From a virus: a stretch of 64,000 nucleotides of DNA. Position 1 is the stretch's first letter. Every line of letters starts with the position of its first letter. The stretch is from IMG/VR virus record IMGVR_UViG_3300032331_003094, positions 1 to 64,000 of that record, one strand, 5' to 3'. The notes below the pieces were generated by a model. The model searched no databases and was not told the origin of the DNA. It saw only the letters and a list, made by a program, of their open reading frames with translations. The translations under genes were made by a program, and so were the position numbers. Positions 38,286 to 46,939 of this stretch are shown piece after piece.

Positions 38286-38905
38286 TAGATCACACCCCGT
38301 CCATAACCATAGGGATCAGCCATATTTGCCATTAACGTGCTTGGATCAATCGTTTGTTCTAATCCTTGCATTTGGAATTGAGTACCAGGGGACAAGGCTT
38401 GTGCTTGCAAACCATTAACCAGTTCCCGTTGCAATGCTTGTTGTTGCATTGAAACAGTTTGATCTATGTCTTCTTGTTGTTTTTGAATTAAAGAATTTTG
38501 AATCATTGGCATTGCTGCCAGGCTGGAAATAATGGGCGAGACGCCTTGAACAAGTCCTTGAGCCCTTGATGGCATAAATTCTGGCCTGGTAACTGTCTTT
38601 CCATCTTGTTGATATGACAGTGTCCCCATCCTTCCAGGGGAAAGCCTACCTGCAAGCTTCATGCCACCGTAATTGATGCCAAGATCCATTGCACCAGCGG
38701 CAAGGGAGGTCATTGGATCGACACCACCAAGCATGTTAAACCCAGCTACCATAATGGCACCAGGTACTGAACTGCCCAAAAGAGATTTATTAATGGCTTG
38801 TTTTTCTGCTTGCTGGGCAGCAGAAAGCATACCGGTTTGGCCCAAGCGTCCTGCAAGGTTTCTAAGACTACTTCCTAATCCTTTTGTAGCAGCGTTGGGT
38901 GCCAT
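38285..38905 (-). CDS. Putative internal virion protein
   Basis: 206 aa, TATAAT upstream. Confidence 0.5.
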   Translation of the reverse strand: MAPNAATKGLGSSLRNLAGRLGQTGMLSAAQQAEKQAINKSLLGSSVPGAIMVAGFNMLGGVDPMTSLAAGAMDLGINYGGMKLAGRLSPGRMGTLSYQQDGKTVTRPEFMPSRAQGLVQGVSPIISSLAAMPMIQNSLIQKQQEDIDQTVSMQQQALQRELVNGLQAQALSPGTQFQMQGLEQTIDPSTLMANMADPYGYGRGVI

Positions 38906-38941
38906 ATATCAACACTTTTCTTTAATTATATTTCAGATAAC

Positions 38942-39544
38942 CTAAGCATTTTGTGATTTAAACACTTCTTTTGGGTCTTCGGTATTAAGTTCTTTTTCGA
39001 GTATTGGTTTTTTAGATTTAGAAAGAAGACCGGCGACAGAAGGTTGTGGATCAACTGTATCTTCTGCTTGCGATTGTGCCATTTGCATGATGTATCCATG
39101 TGGATCGGGGTTGGATGCTTTGGGCATAGGACTTTTTGCTCTTTTACCAGGGGGTATGGTAGGGCTGATTTTGTACGCATCCAACCAAATAGGATTGAAA
39201 TCTGGGTTTTCCTGTGGTTTATGTTCAGTGTTTGGCTGTCCTGTTTTAAAGTCATAATCGGTATGACGCACAAAACGACCAAGGCCAATAAATAACTGTG
39301 CTTCTAAAGGCGCATCTGGATCTACTGAACCTAGATGAGCATTCAACGTGCGCTTACGGGCTTGAACGCGATTAAGAATGTCAGACGTATTAAAACGTCC
39401 TGGGTCCCAAGGATACTGACCTCCTATGCCAGAATTTGCATCAACTCTAAATTGATCAGAAAATGTTGTTTTTGTTTTGTTTTTGGGATCTTTAACAGCG
39501 CCAATATATTTGTTTAAATCAAGACGATCATCTGTGCCTTGCAT
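38942..39544 (-). CDS. Hypothetical protein
   Basis: 200-aa ORF. Confidence 0.55.
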   Translation of the reverse strand: MQGTDDRLDLNKYIGAVKDPKNKTKTTFSDQFRVDANSGIGGQYPWDPGRFNTSDILNRVQARKRTLNAHLGSVDPDAPLEAQLFIGLGRFVRHTDYDFKTGQPNTEHKPQENPDFNPIWLDAYKISPTIPPGKRAKSPMPKASNPDPHGYIMQMAQSQAEDTVDPQPSVAGLLSKSKKPILEKELNTEDPKEVFKSQNA

Positions 39545-39763
39545 TTAGCTTTCACCTTTTTTCTTCTTATGTAATCCTACAAGTGTTTGACGCAAGCGTG
39601 CTTGTTTAACAGTTTTATCATCATATTTTTCTGGATCAGCAAGAACATTTTCTTGTAATTGAGCAGAAGTAATACCTTTCTTTTTAGCTTTAGCCGTAAA
39701 GGCACCTTCTTTCATATCCATGTCTTGGATCCATTTCTTATCTTTTTTCTTATCGTTTGCCAT
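39545..39763 (-). CDS. Small basic protein
   Basis: KKWIQ...KEGAFTAKAKK...KQARLRQTL. Confidence 0.6.
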   Translation of the reverse strand: MANDKKKDKKWIQDMDMKEGAFTAKAKKKGITSAQLQENVLADPEKYDDKTVKQARLRQTLVGLHKKKKGES

Positions 39764-39765
39764 GA

Positions 39766-42735
39766 TTAAAACAACGTCGGTTGAATTCGCACTTGAGAAG
39801 TTAACGGTGTTGTTCGCCCTCTTTGAAGTTTACTCATGTAAGCTTCAAGTTGTTGAGCGGCTACATCTGCTGGAGTAGTGCGAACCCTAGCAGCAGCTGT
39901 AGTTGAAGGAACAATATCAGAAGGAAGATTTAACTGGATAGACGGTTGAGGACTAGCTTCTTTTGGAAAGTTAATACGCACCGGCCTAGCCAAAACACTA
40001 GATGGATATGGTCCCATATTAGCTTGTGGATATTTTACACGGCCCAGACGTATGTCTTCAGTGAGGCGTGAAGGTGTGGTTTGTACACGAGGCGTAAAGA
40101 ATGCAACGCCAGTGCCTTCAGCAACGGCTTGGCTGGCGTCTTCGAACTGCATTGGGTCTGCACCACTCAAACCAAGTTGACGATGCAAGCCTGGCAGCTG
40201 TTGCGTTGGATAACCTGCACCTTCTACCCAGTTACGCCCATAGCGTCCATAGTTAAGTGGATCTTGAGTTTTCTTTTGAATTTCCCCAGTATATGGTGAA
40301 CCATAAATTTTGCGTTCAGCAGTGACATTAGTTACATCACCAACAAATTGATGTTTAGCTGAAGGATCTTGGAGAACAGGTAAATCAATTTTTTGTGTAT
40401 CTAATAAGTGTTGATGTAGTTGATCAGCAACGTAACCAGTATGGTGATATGCCTCACCAAGTTTGTTGGGATCTGTTGCATCACGACGAACGGCAACAGC
40501 TTTATTTACAGTTTGTCCATTTGAATAACGTTGTTCAATAACTTCATAACCATGGTCTGCCAGATAATTTAAGTCTCCTTCATTACCGGTATTAGCCAAA
40601 TAATCCAACTTGGTTTGACCCAGGTTGTTCCATTTGGATGAAGCTACTTCTGCAGCGTTTTGAATCGCAGCAATGTCAACCGTTGTTGGTTTTAAACCTT
40701 CAGAGGTACGCTCCATAAGCGGACCATAAACTGGTTTTGATACAACAAAATCCTGGCCTTGGTGTGTGACCAAGTCACCAACCATGTAAGGTTGAATGCT
40801 TAAAGTCTGACTACCAGGCTGATGTGCGCCTTCTGCTGGTAAATATTTAATTTGATCTAAACGATTAACAGGAAAGTTTTCAGTTTGTGTTTTAACAACC
40901 GGCACCATTTGGCCGTTTTCTTTAATGTGAATTTGAATATCGGGACGTTTGCCAGCAACGGCAGGACCTGTTAAGAAATGTGGAGTTGCTTCTGGAAGCT
41001 CATAGCCACCAATAAGTTTTGTACTCGTAACTGGCTCGGTAACTAAAGTAAATGGATTTTCAGGATCAGTAGTGCCCTCAACTCCGGTGCTTTGTTCACC
41101 AAGTAGATTAGAACGTGGAAATAAAACACCTTCTTTAGTGCGTTCTTGACGAACAGAAGCAGCAGGAATACCTTTAGCTTCTTGTACCTCACCAGGCATA
41201 AACGTTGTGCCGGTATTAGTTTGTTCTTTAAATCCTAAAGTTTCAACAAGCGGTTGGCCAAGGTTTTCTTGTAAGATAGTTGGCGAAACATCTTGCATGC
41301 CAAGCGCTTTTCCATGTTTGTAAAGATAAAGTCCAGTTCCAGCTTTATCCCAGTCTTCATCAATTTGTTGTTCTAAACCTTTACGTTCCATAAAGGTCAT
41401 ATTTGAATGCATACGCTCTGGATCTAATCCATAACGTTTAACATCTTCTGCCGTAACGGTTGTATTGCGTGGATGTAAAAATCCAGATTCAGGATTTGTT
41501 TTAATTAACTGCCCTTCTGAATAATAACCTTCTGCTGAATTTGCATCCCAATGAGGAATAAAATGATTAAAAAGTAAATTTTCATATTCTGGATTATTTA
41601 CTTCACGAATACCAGTAACAGTACCGGCAGTGCCAAGACGTTGTTCTAAAAACTTTTGCGCGACCTCAGGACCTGCTTGTTCTTGTAAACGACGTGCAGC
41701 AAAATTTTCAAAGTCAGTTGGACCCATTTGACCATAGGTCCGCATCTCCATAGTTGGATTAACTCCTGCAGTGGTACCTAATAAATGCCGTACTTTTTCA
41801 GTTGGAACATTAGGGTTTAATAGCAATTGAGCTTCACCAGGAGAAGCACTGCCTGCTGCCATGATGCGATCACGCACTTCAGTATTGGTTAAGCCGTAAC
41901 TAGAAGGAAGGGCACTTTCTGCATATGAAATTCCCCTTGTTCTACCAGGGACTTGAATAAGTCCTGTAAGATCTTCTGCGGTATAAACTTTGGCTGGATT
42001 TCTAACAGCTTGTAATGCTTGTGAACGTTGGCCTAATTGCTCCAACATTTCTTCATGTGCCCACATCATATGTGCGGCATCTTGAAGATTTTTATTGCGT
42101 GCAGTAATAACTGATGCATCTTTACTAAATGCACCAAAACCACTCAAGTCAACTTGTGGGTTACGACGCAATTGTTGCACTGTATGTTGTGTAACTTGAT
42201 CTTCTGCCGCACCAAGAGCATTTAATGTTTGGCTTGTATGTAATGATTGTTGTGCATTGTGAAAATCAACTAATGTTGTTGTTTGCTTACTTAAATCAAC
42301 AGTTGAAGGTTTAACAGCTGCTTCTGTAAACCAAGGAGCACTTGGGATATAACGTGAACTTGGCGGTTGGGGAACACTGCTTTGTCCCAAAGGATCCGCC
42401 ATGGGTGCAGCAGCTGCCACACGACGTGCGTTTTGTACAGCTTGCTGTGGAATTTCTTCTGCTGCTACCTTTGCTGCGGCTTGACCTGCGCCACGCCCAC
42501 GCATGGCACGCACTAGAGCTGGAGCACCAAAATATGTACCAGTACCTATGCCTGCAAGTAGAGCTGCACCACCCAAGAAATCGAGTAACCCAGGTCCCTG
42601 CTTAGGTGCTTGTAAGCGATTTTGTTGAAATGCCAGGACTTCCGGGGCTTGTTTAGCGCGATCTTCTGGTGTATCCGCAACCGGTGCCCCTGTTGCACGG
42701 CTATAAGCGTAAAAATCAGCAGGTGACAGGGGCAT
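39766..42735 (-). CDS. Large virion protein
   Basis: 989 aa with an N-terminal hydrophobic Gly-rich segment; first gene of the minus-strand module. Confidence 0.6.
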   Translation of the reverse strand: MPLSPADFYAYSRATGAPVADTPEDRAKQAPEVLAFQQNRLQAPKQGPGLLDFLGGAALLAGIGTGTYFGAPALVRAMRGRGAGQAAAKVAAEEIPQQAVQNARRVAAAAPMADPLGQSSVPQPPSSRYIPSAPWFTEAAVKPSTVDLSKQTTTLVDFHNAQQSLHTSQTLNALGAAEDQVTQHTVQQLRRNPQVDLSGFGAFSKDASVITARNKNLQDAAHMMWAHEEMLEQLGQRSQALQAVRNPAKVYTAEDLTGLIQVPGRTRGISYAESALPSSYGLTNTEVRDRIMAAGSASPGEAQLLLNPNVPTEKVRHLLGTTAGVNPTMEMRTYGQMGPTDFENFAARRLQEQAGPEVAQKFLEQRLGTAGTVTGIREVNNPEYENLLFNHFIPHWDANSAEGYYSEGQLIKTNPESGFLHPRNTTVTAEDVKRYGLDPERMHSNMTFMERKGLEQQIDEDWDKAGTGLYLYKHGKALGMQDVSPTILQENLGQPLVETLGFKEQTNTGTTFMPGEVQEAKGIPAASVRQERTKEGVLFPRSNLLGEQSTGVEGTTDPENPFTLVTEPVTSTKLIGGYELPEATPHFLTGPAVAGKRPDIQIHIKENGQMVPVVKTQTENFPVNRLDQIKYLPAEGAHQPGSQTLSIQPYMVGDLVTHQGQDFVVSKPVYGPLMERTSEGLKPTTVDIAAIQNAAEVASSKWNNLGQTKLDYLANTGNEGDLNYLADHGYEVIEQRYSNGQTVNKAVAVRRDATDPNKLGEAYHHTGYVADQLHQHLLDTQKIDLPVLQDPSAKHQFVGDVTNVTAERKIYGSPYTGEIQKKTQDPLNYGRYGRNWVEGAGYPTQQLPGLHRQLGLSGADPMQFEDASQAVAEGTGVAFFTPRVQTTPSRLTEDIRLGRVKYPQANMGPYPSSVLARPVRINFPKEASPQPSIQLNLPSDIVPSTTAAARVRTTPADVAAQQLEAYMSKLQRGRTTPLTSQVRIQPTLF

Positions 42736-42845
42736 TGGACTTTATTGTAACTATTTAGCTCTTCATTACATTTTATACGGGATAATTTTTAAAAATACGG
42801 GTTGTATAGTAGGTAAATGCCCGATGTTTAGTAAAACATCAAGAA

Positions 42846-43070
42846 ATGGACGTACAACAACGCATTAATAAAGTTCAAGGCCTCCAGGCTGTCAAAGATC
42901 AAGCCATGAAGATGGCTGATGAAGGAGCTGGCGCCCTTGAAGTGCGGCACTTTGTGAATGAAGGGGCCAAACGTGTGGCGTATGAACACCCAGACGAGGA
43001 AGCATTCCACAAAGCAGCCAGGGCAACACTGGCTTACAAGCAACAAAAAGAACAAGGATTAACTTTTTGA
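42846..43070 (+). CDS. Hypothetical protein
   Basis: 74-aa ORF with its own -10 box and terminator. Confidence 0.6.
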   Translation: MDVQQRINKVQGLQAVKDQAMKMADEGAGALEVRHFVNEGAKRVAYEHPDEEAFHKAARATLAYKQQKEQGLTF

Positions 43071-43096
43071 CCGTAATTAGGAAATATTGGTAAATT

Positions 43097-43122
43097 ACCG
43101 GGGATTACACCCCGGTTTTTTT
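43097..43122 (+). terminator. Intrinsic terminator
   Basis: ACCGGGG-ATTACA-CCCCGGT-TTTTTT. Confidence 0.85.
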
Positions 43123-43584
43123 GTGTAAATTCTTGGGCTAAGTGGGGTAAATACGTACAAAAATTAACTTTTACTTGAAAGTAAGGTTTTTGTACTTATA
43201 AAAGGGGTCAATATATCCCCAAATGGGGTAGAAAATTACCTGACGCTTCTCCACACACCCACCCGACATTAAATGTGGGGAGAAAAAAAGAAAGGTGTAA
43301 GGGGTTGAATTTTTGAGGGTCTGGGTGTTGGCGGCGAACACCCCTGCGGTGTGAGCCGAACCCCTAAGTTACGGGCGATACGGATTCGTATCACGCCGTA
43401 GCCTAAGCCCCGGTCCACCTAACATACCCTAATGTCAGCAAACGCTAACAATTGGGTAGCAATTGGTGCTCCGCCCGTCACAGCGGCGCGGTACAGAACG
43501 GTGGCTTTTATAGCACAGGGAGTTTACGGGGGATGCGCATCCGTTATCACGCATACATTCCACACTAACCGAAGGTTACTTTCA

Positions 43585-43893
43585 ATGGCTATGCGTAAGT
43601 TCCTGGCTGACAAACTCCTGTCATTAGCTACAGCTATTGAACAGGACACAAGCAAGGAGAAGGTTCAGGCTGCAGTGATAGTTGGCCGACGCAAGTTGGC
43701 TGACTGGATCCAGCCTGAGACAAGAACAGTTACTGGTGAACAACTCTTTAAGTTCATGGGTACCTTTAGCAACAAGGACTTAGCTGATGCACAAACTATT
43801 GCTGAGCACGCTCACAAAGACTTAGGCAGAAGCTACAACCAGACATTGGTTGACGTGTTGCTTGAGATGCGTAAAGCAGAACTTGCAAGTTGA
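43585..43893 (+). CDS. Early hypothetical protein, paralog A
   Basis: Probable start MAMRKF; C-terminal domain shared with the next gene. Confidence 0.65.
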   Translation: MAMRKFLADKLLSLATAIEQDTSKEKVQAAVIVGRRKLADWIQPETRTVTGEQLFKFMGTFSNKDLADAQTIAEHAHKDLGRSYNQTLVDVLLEMRKAELAS

Positions 43894-43934
43894 TCCGTAC
43901 AAGCGGGTGACCAGGTGCAAACCCTGGTCCAACT
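43888..43934 (+). ncRNA. tRNA-like element 1 (no anticodon arm)
   Basis: AGTTG/CAACT; CCG-TACAAG-CGG; GACCAGG-TGCAAAC-CCTGGTC. Confidence 0.6.
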
Positions 43935-43975
43935 ATTGCCTACAGCGGAGATGGGCACCGCACAGCTCAAGTTCA

Positions 43976-44191
43976 ATGCAGCTTACGTACGATCAACTCT
44001 TTAAGTTTATGGGAACATTCAGTAACCAAGATTTAAATGATGCACAGACTATTGCTGAACATGTTTACCAAAGGTTAGGCAAAAGTTATAACCAATGTTT
44101 GGTTAACGTTTTGGTTGAGATGCGTATGCATCAAGATTCAGAAACGTATGATTCAGCGCCTGAATTAACTTGGCCTGAACTTTACAACTGA
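43976..44191 (+). CDS. Early hypothetical protein, paralog B
   Basis: QLFKFMGTFSNxDLxDAQTIAEH...LGxSYNQxLVxVLxEMR shared with paralog A. Confidence 0.65.
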   Translation: MQLTYDQLFKFMGTFSNQDLNDAQTIAEHVYQRLGKSYNQCLVNVLVEMRMHQDSETYDSAPELTWPELYN

Positions 44192-44234
44192 GTCCGTTAA
44201 AGCGGCATGCCTGGGTGCAAACCCCAGGCTCAGT
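44187..44234 (+). ncRNA. tRNA-like element 2 (no anticodon arm)
   Basis: ACTGA/TCAGT; CCG-TTAAAG-CGG; GCCTGGG-TGCAAAC-CCCAGGC. Confidence 0.6.
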
Positions 44235-44268
44235 ATTGCCACACGCTGAGTGTGGCTTAATTCAAATC

Positions 44269-44469
44269 ATGTCACTTATTAAGAACGCATACGTATGTGT
44301 TGTGAATGGTGAACCAGAACTATTCGAGACGCAGGCAGAAGCTATAGAACATGCTGCGGAACTTAGTTTCCAATGGCATAATTCAACAGCTGATGTACCT
44401 GCTCCACGACTGGCAGTCATGTCAGTTAATGGCTGGTTACAATTACAATCACAACTAGCACTCGTCTGA
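44269..44469 (+). CDS. Early hypothetical protein
   Basis: Probable start MSLIKNAYV. Confidence 0.55.
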   Translation: MSLIKNAYVCVVNGEPELFETQAEAIEHAAELSFQWHNSTADVPAPRLAVMSVNGWLQLQSQLALV

Positions 44470-44516
44470 TGTTTGCCCGGAGGACTTCGGTCCTCCCTGC
44501 AGACTTCACTGTCTGC
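44468..44516 (+). repeat. 49-bp double-hairpin direct repeat, copy 1
   Basis: GATGTTTGCCCGGAGGACTTCGGTCCTCCCTGCAGACTTCACTGTCTGC. Confidence 0.95.
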
Positions 44517-44540
44517 GCTCAACTCAACTCAGTTCTAATC

Positions 44541-44798
44541 ATGAACGTTGCACAAGTTGAACATCTGTTAACCCACGATGCCAGACTGTTGGCTCGCAGG
44601 GATTCCAGTGCCGAGCTGCCTTGTATTGATTGGAACATCGAAGAGCGGCGTCAAGCTGCTCTCGAATTGTTCTATCAGTTTCAAGACGGCATGGCCAAGT
44701 TTGAAGACCTGTTGCCAATCTGTGGACTGCTTCAGAAGAAGGTTGACATCAACCGGATTGCTCTGAAGTGGGAACAGGAATATGGCATCGATGAGTGA
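44541..44798 (+). CDS. Early hypothetical protein
   Basis: Probable start MNVAQVEH. Confidence 0.6.
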   Translation: MNVAQVEHLLTHDARLLARRDSSAELPCIDWNIEERRQAALELFYQFQDGMAKFEDLLPICGLLQKKVDINRIALKWEQEYGIDE

Positions 44799-44950
44799 TG
44801 GATAACGCATACACTGTTTGGCGCGTGTGGCATGACCAGTCAGTGATTGAGCTAATAGCTCGAACACGGACTGAAGCATTAGTCGCAGGCGCCGAACTAC
44901 TCAACAAGAAGATTGTTGATTTAAACGTGGTGCGAATCTACGACTGGTAG
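44798..44950 (+). CDS. Small hypothetical protein (50 aa)
   Basis: MDNAYTVWRVW...RIYDW; TGATG coupling to the upstream gene. Confidence 0.5.
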   Translation: MDNAYTVWRVWHDQSVIELIARTRTEALVAGAELLNKKIVDLNVVRIYDW

Positions 44951-44998
44951 ATGTTTGCCCGGAGGACTTCGGTCCTCCCTGCAGACTTCACTGTCTGC
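44950..44998 (+). repeat. 49-bp double-hairpin direct repeat, copy 2
   Basis: Identical to 44468-44516. Confidence 0.95.
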
Positions 44999-45043
44999 CG
45001 TGGTACGTATGTACTACGCCATTAACTCAACTCAGTACTAACC

Positions 45044-45433
45044 ATGACTGATCTTAAGAAGCTCCCTGACTTTCAGCATGTCACCTTCCATGGACGCATT
45101 GCTTACATGGAGAAAGCCGTGCATGAAGGCCAAGAATTCTTGGCAGTAACACTCATGCATACCATTAGTGAGAACACGGATGTCCGTGTGAAGTTCACTA
45201 ATAGCAACGGTTTGCTGACTGCATTTATCAATGGCAACCTTGTCATTGGTCAGGAGCTGACCATTGGCGGAACTATCAAAGGCATTCGTTCTTTCTACAT
45301 GAAAGACGATGTCCTCACTCCGCTCAAGAATCCAGAGTTCAATGTGCGTGTCATCAATTATGCCTTTGGTGCCAAGCCAAAGGCTGAACCTAAGATGGCA
45401 CAAGTCACATTAGAAGAAGCTCTGGTTGCCTGA
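45044..45433 (+). CDS. OB-fold / SSB-like protein
   Basis: HVTFHGRIA...GQELTIGGTI pattern of SSB strands. Confidence 0.5.
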   Translation: MTDLKKLPDFQHVTFHGRIAYMEKAVHEGQEFLAVTLMHTISENTDVRVKFTNSNGLLTAFINGNLVIGQELTIGGTIKGIRSFYMKDDVLTPLKNPEFNVRVINYAFGAKPKAEPKMAQVTLEEALVA

Positions 45434-45544
45434 CGCCTGCACTTAACCCTGCCGTGTGATACGAATTCGTATTGCGCGGTGGGTTTTCTGCAGGCCTCAA
45501 CACTGAGGTCTGTAACATAACTTAACATCACTCAGGAGGATTCA

Positions 45545-45754
45545 ATGAAACGCATCGTGTCACTTGGCAACAACCGTTACATCCACATGGATTCCTACCG
45601 TGGGACCACAGGGCCTTATCCGTTGGAACCATTCATTGTTGGATTCATTGTTGTTGCCATCAGTGCTATCACGGTTGGTGCATTACTTGGTACTGACATT
45701 ACCAAAGCACCAACTGTGCACATTCCATTCACTAAACCTGTTGCTGGTCACTAA
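45545..45754 (+). CDS. Small membrane protein
   Basis: AGGAGG SD; one TM segment. Confidence 0.6.
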   Translation: MKRIVSLGNNRYIHMDSYRGTTGPYPLEPFIVGFIVVAISAITVGALLGTDITKAPTVHIPFTKPVAGH

Positions 45755-45758
45755 TCAC

Positions 45759-45989
45759 ATGAATCAATTCGTTGCACTAATCACTGATGCAACCGGGTCT
45801 TATGCCACGGTTGTAGTCTCAGCTAATACCTGGAGTAATGCCGTCAACCAACTCGAAGATGTTGGTTGTGAGGTGATTGAAAATCAATCAGAAGATTATG
45901 AAGGGTATTGGGATGAGGATTTGAAAGACGATGGTGTCCTTACGATTAATGAATTGTTAAGCAATTCAGACTTCGTGGCACACCCTTGA
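45759..45989 (+). CDS. Acidic hypothetical protein
   Basis: Probable start MNQFVALI. Confidence 0.5.
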   Translation: MNQFVALITDATGSYATVVVSANTWSNAVNQLEDVGCEVIENQSEDYEGYWDEDLKDDGVLTINELLSNSDFVAHP

Positions 45990-46260
45990 CATCGCTTGTA
46001 TACTGATCACGCAACCACAACTTAACTCACATGCTAGTCACTGATCAACTTGATTTCAGCAGCCCTGATCATGTAACGATATGTTCTAAGCATGATCGGT
46101 TGACTATCTACATCCATGGCAACACTTCATCTGTGCGATTGACTTATCAATTGCAACAGGAAGACAATGGATGTACTCCCCCATTCCCCTTGCAGCAAAC
46201 GTAGCTGAAGCTAGTAGGGGTATGGGGTACCAAGGTGTAAGTAATTCTTACACGTTGAAT

Positions 46261-46288
46261 GGACCTGAGCATGTCCTTAAACTGCTCA
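46261..46288 (+). ncRNA. Pseudoknot motif A, copy 1
   Basis: GGAC-CTGAGCAT-GTCC-TTAAAC-TGCTCA. Confidence 0.7.
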
Positions 46289-46582
46289 ACACATAACCTA
46301 TGTGTTATCAACAATCTTAATAAGTGACAGTTATTGAGATTACAACTATCCCATTGCAATTCAACCATGACTTACTCACAGCCAGAACTTGATCGCATCG
46401 AAAGTCAAGCCACTGCTGATTACTTGGATGTAATGGCAGACTTGGCCTATGAGATGGCTAATGCATTACGTGAAGAATACGAGGATGATCACTATGAAGA
46501 AGCAGCAGGTTAACTACGATACCGTCACAGTTATTGTGGCGGTTGTTTACATACTATTCACACTACTCATCCAGGCAATCCA

Positions 46583-46939
46583 ATGGCTCTCTCAACTGAA
46601 CAACAACTCATTGCTCAAGCAATCGGCTACGAACCAATCACTGGTGAAGAAGCTGAACAACAGTTCGAACCAGAAGTTAACTACGATCCAAAAGACGGAG
46701 GTGTCCCAAAGCCTGGTAGCATCTACCAGAACAAGCGTGGGACCTACCGTTATTACTGGAAGCCAAGCGGCGGTAACTACACCGCCAAAGACAAAGTTGA
46801 ACTCGAAGGTTGGTACGACATCCCGTGCCTCGAAGACCTCGAAGAGTGGAGCTTCGACTCGTACGCGTTCACGCCAGGTGAAGACGAAGTCGAACCAGAC
46901 CATCCCGACTCTTGGCTTCGGTTGCTCTACTTGATTTGA
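46583..46939 (+). CDS. Hypothetical phage protein
   Basis: LEEWSFDS....PGEDEVEPDHPDSWLRLLYLI C-terminus. Confidence 0.65.
   Translation: MALSTEQQLIAQAIGYEPITGEEAEQQFEPEVNYDPKDGGVPKPGSIYQNKRGTYRYYWKPSGGNYTAKDKVELEGWYDIPCLEDLEEWSFDSYAFTPGEDEVEPDHPDSWLRLLYLI

Noticed and set aside
43585-44191. Diversity-generating retroelement TR/VR pair
   Set aside because: Differences are not adenine-specific and no reverse transcriptase is present
43888-45000. CRISPR or mini-CRISPR array
   Set aside because: Only pairs of repeats, separated by whole genes (300-480 nt); no cas genes
46261-46288. preQ1-I or SAM-II riboswitch identity for motif A
   Set aside because: Topology is similar, but the ligand-binding consensus is not recognisable and downstream genes are unrelated to those pathways
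46449-46934. 161-aa alternative-frame ORF as a spanin-like overlapping gene
   Set aside because: No lipobox partner or lysis context; the 46583-46939 frame looks like the real gene, although dual coding cannot be fully excluded
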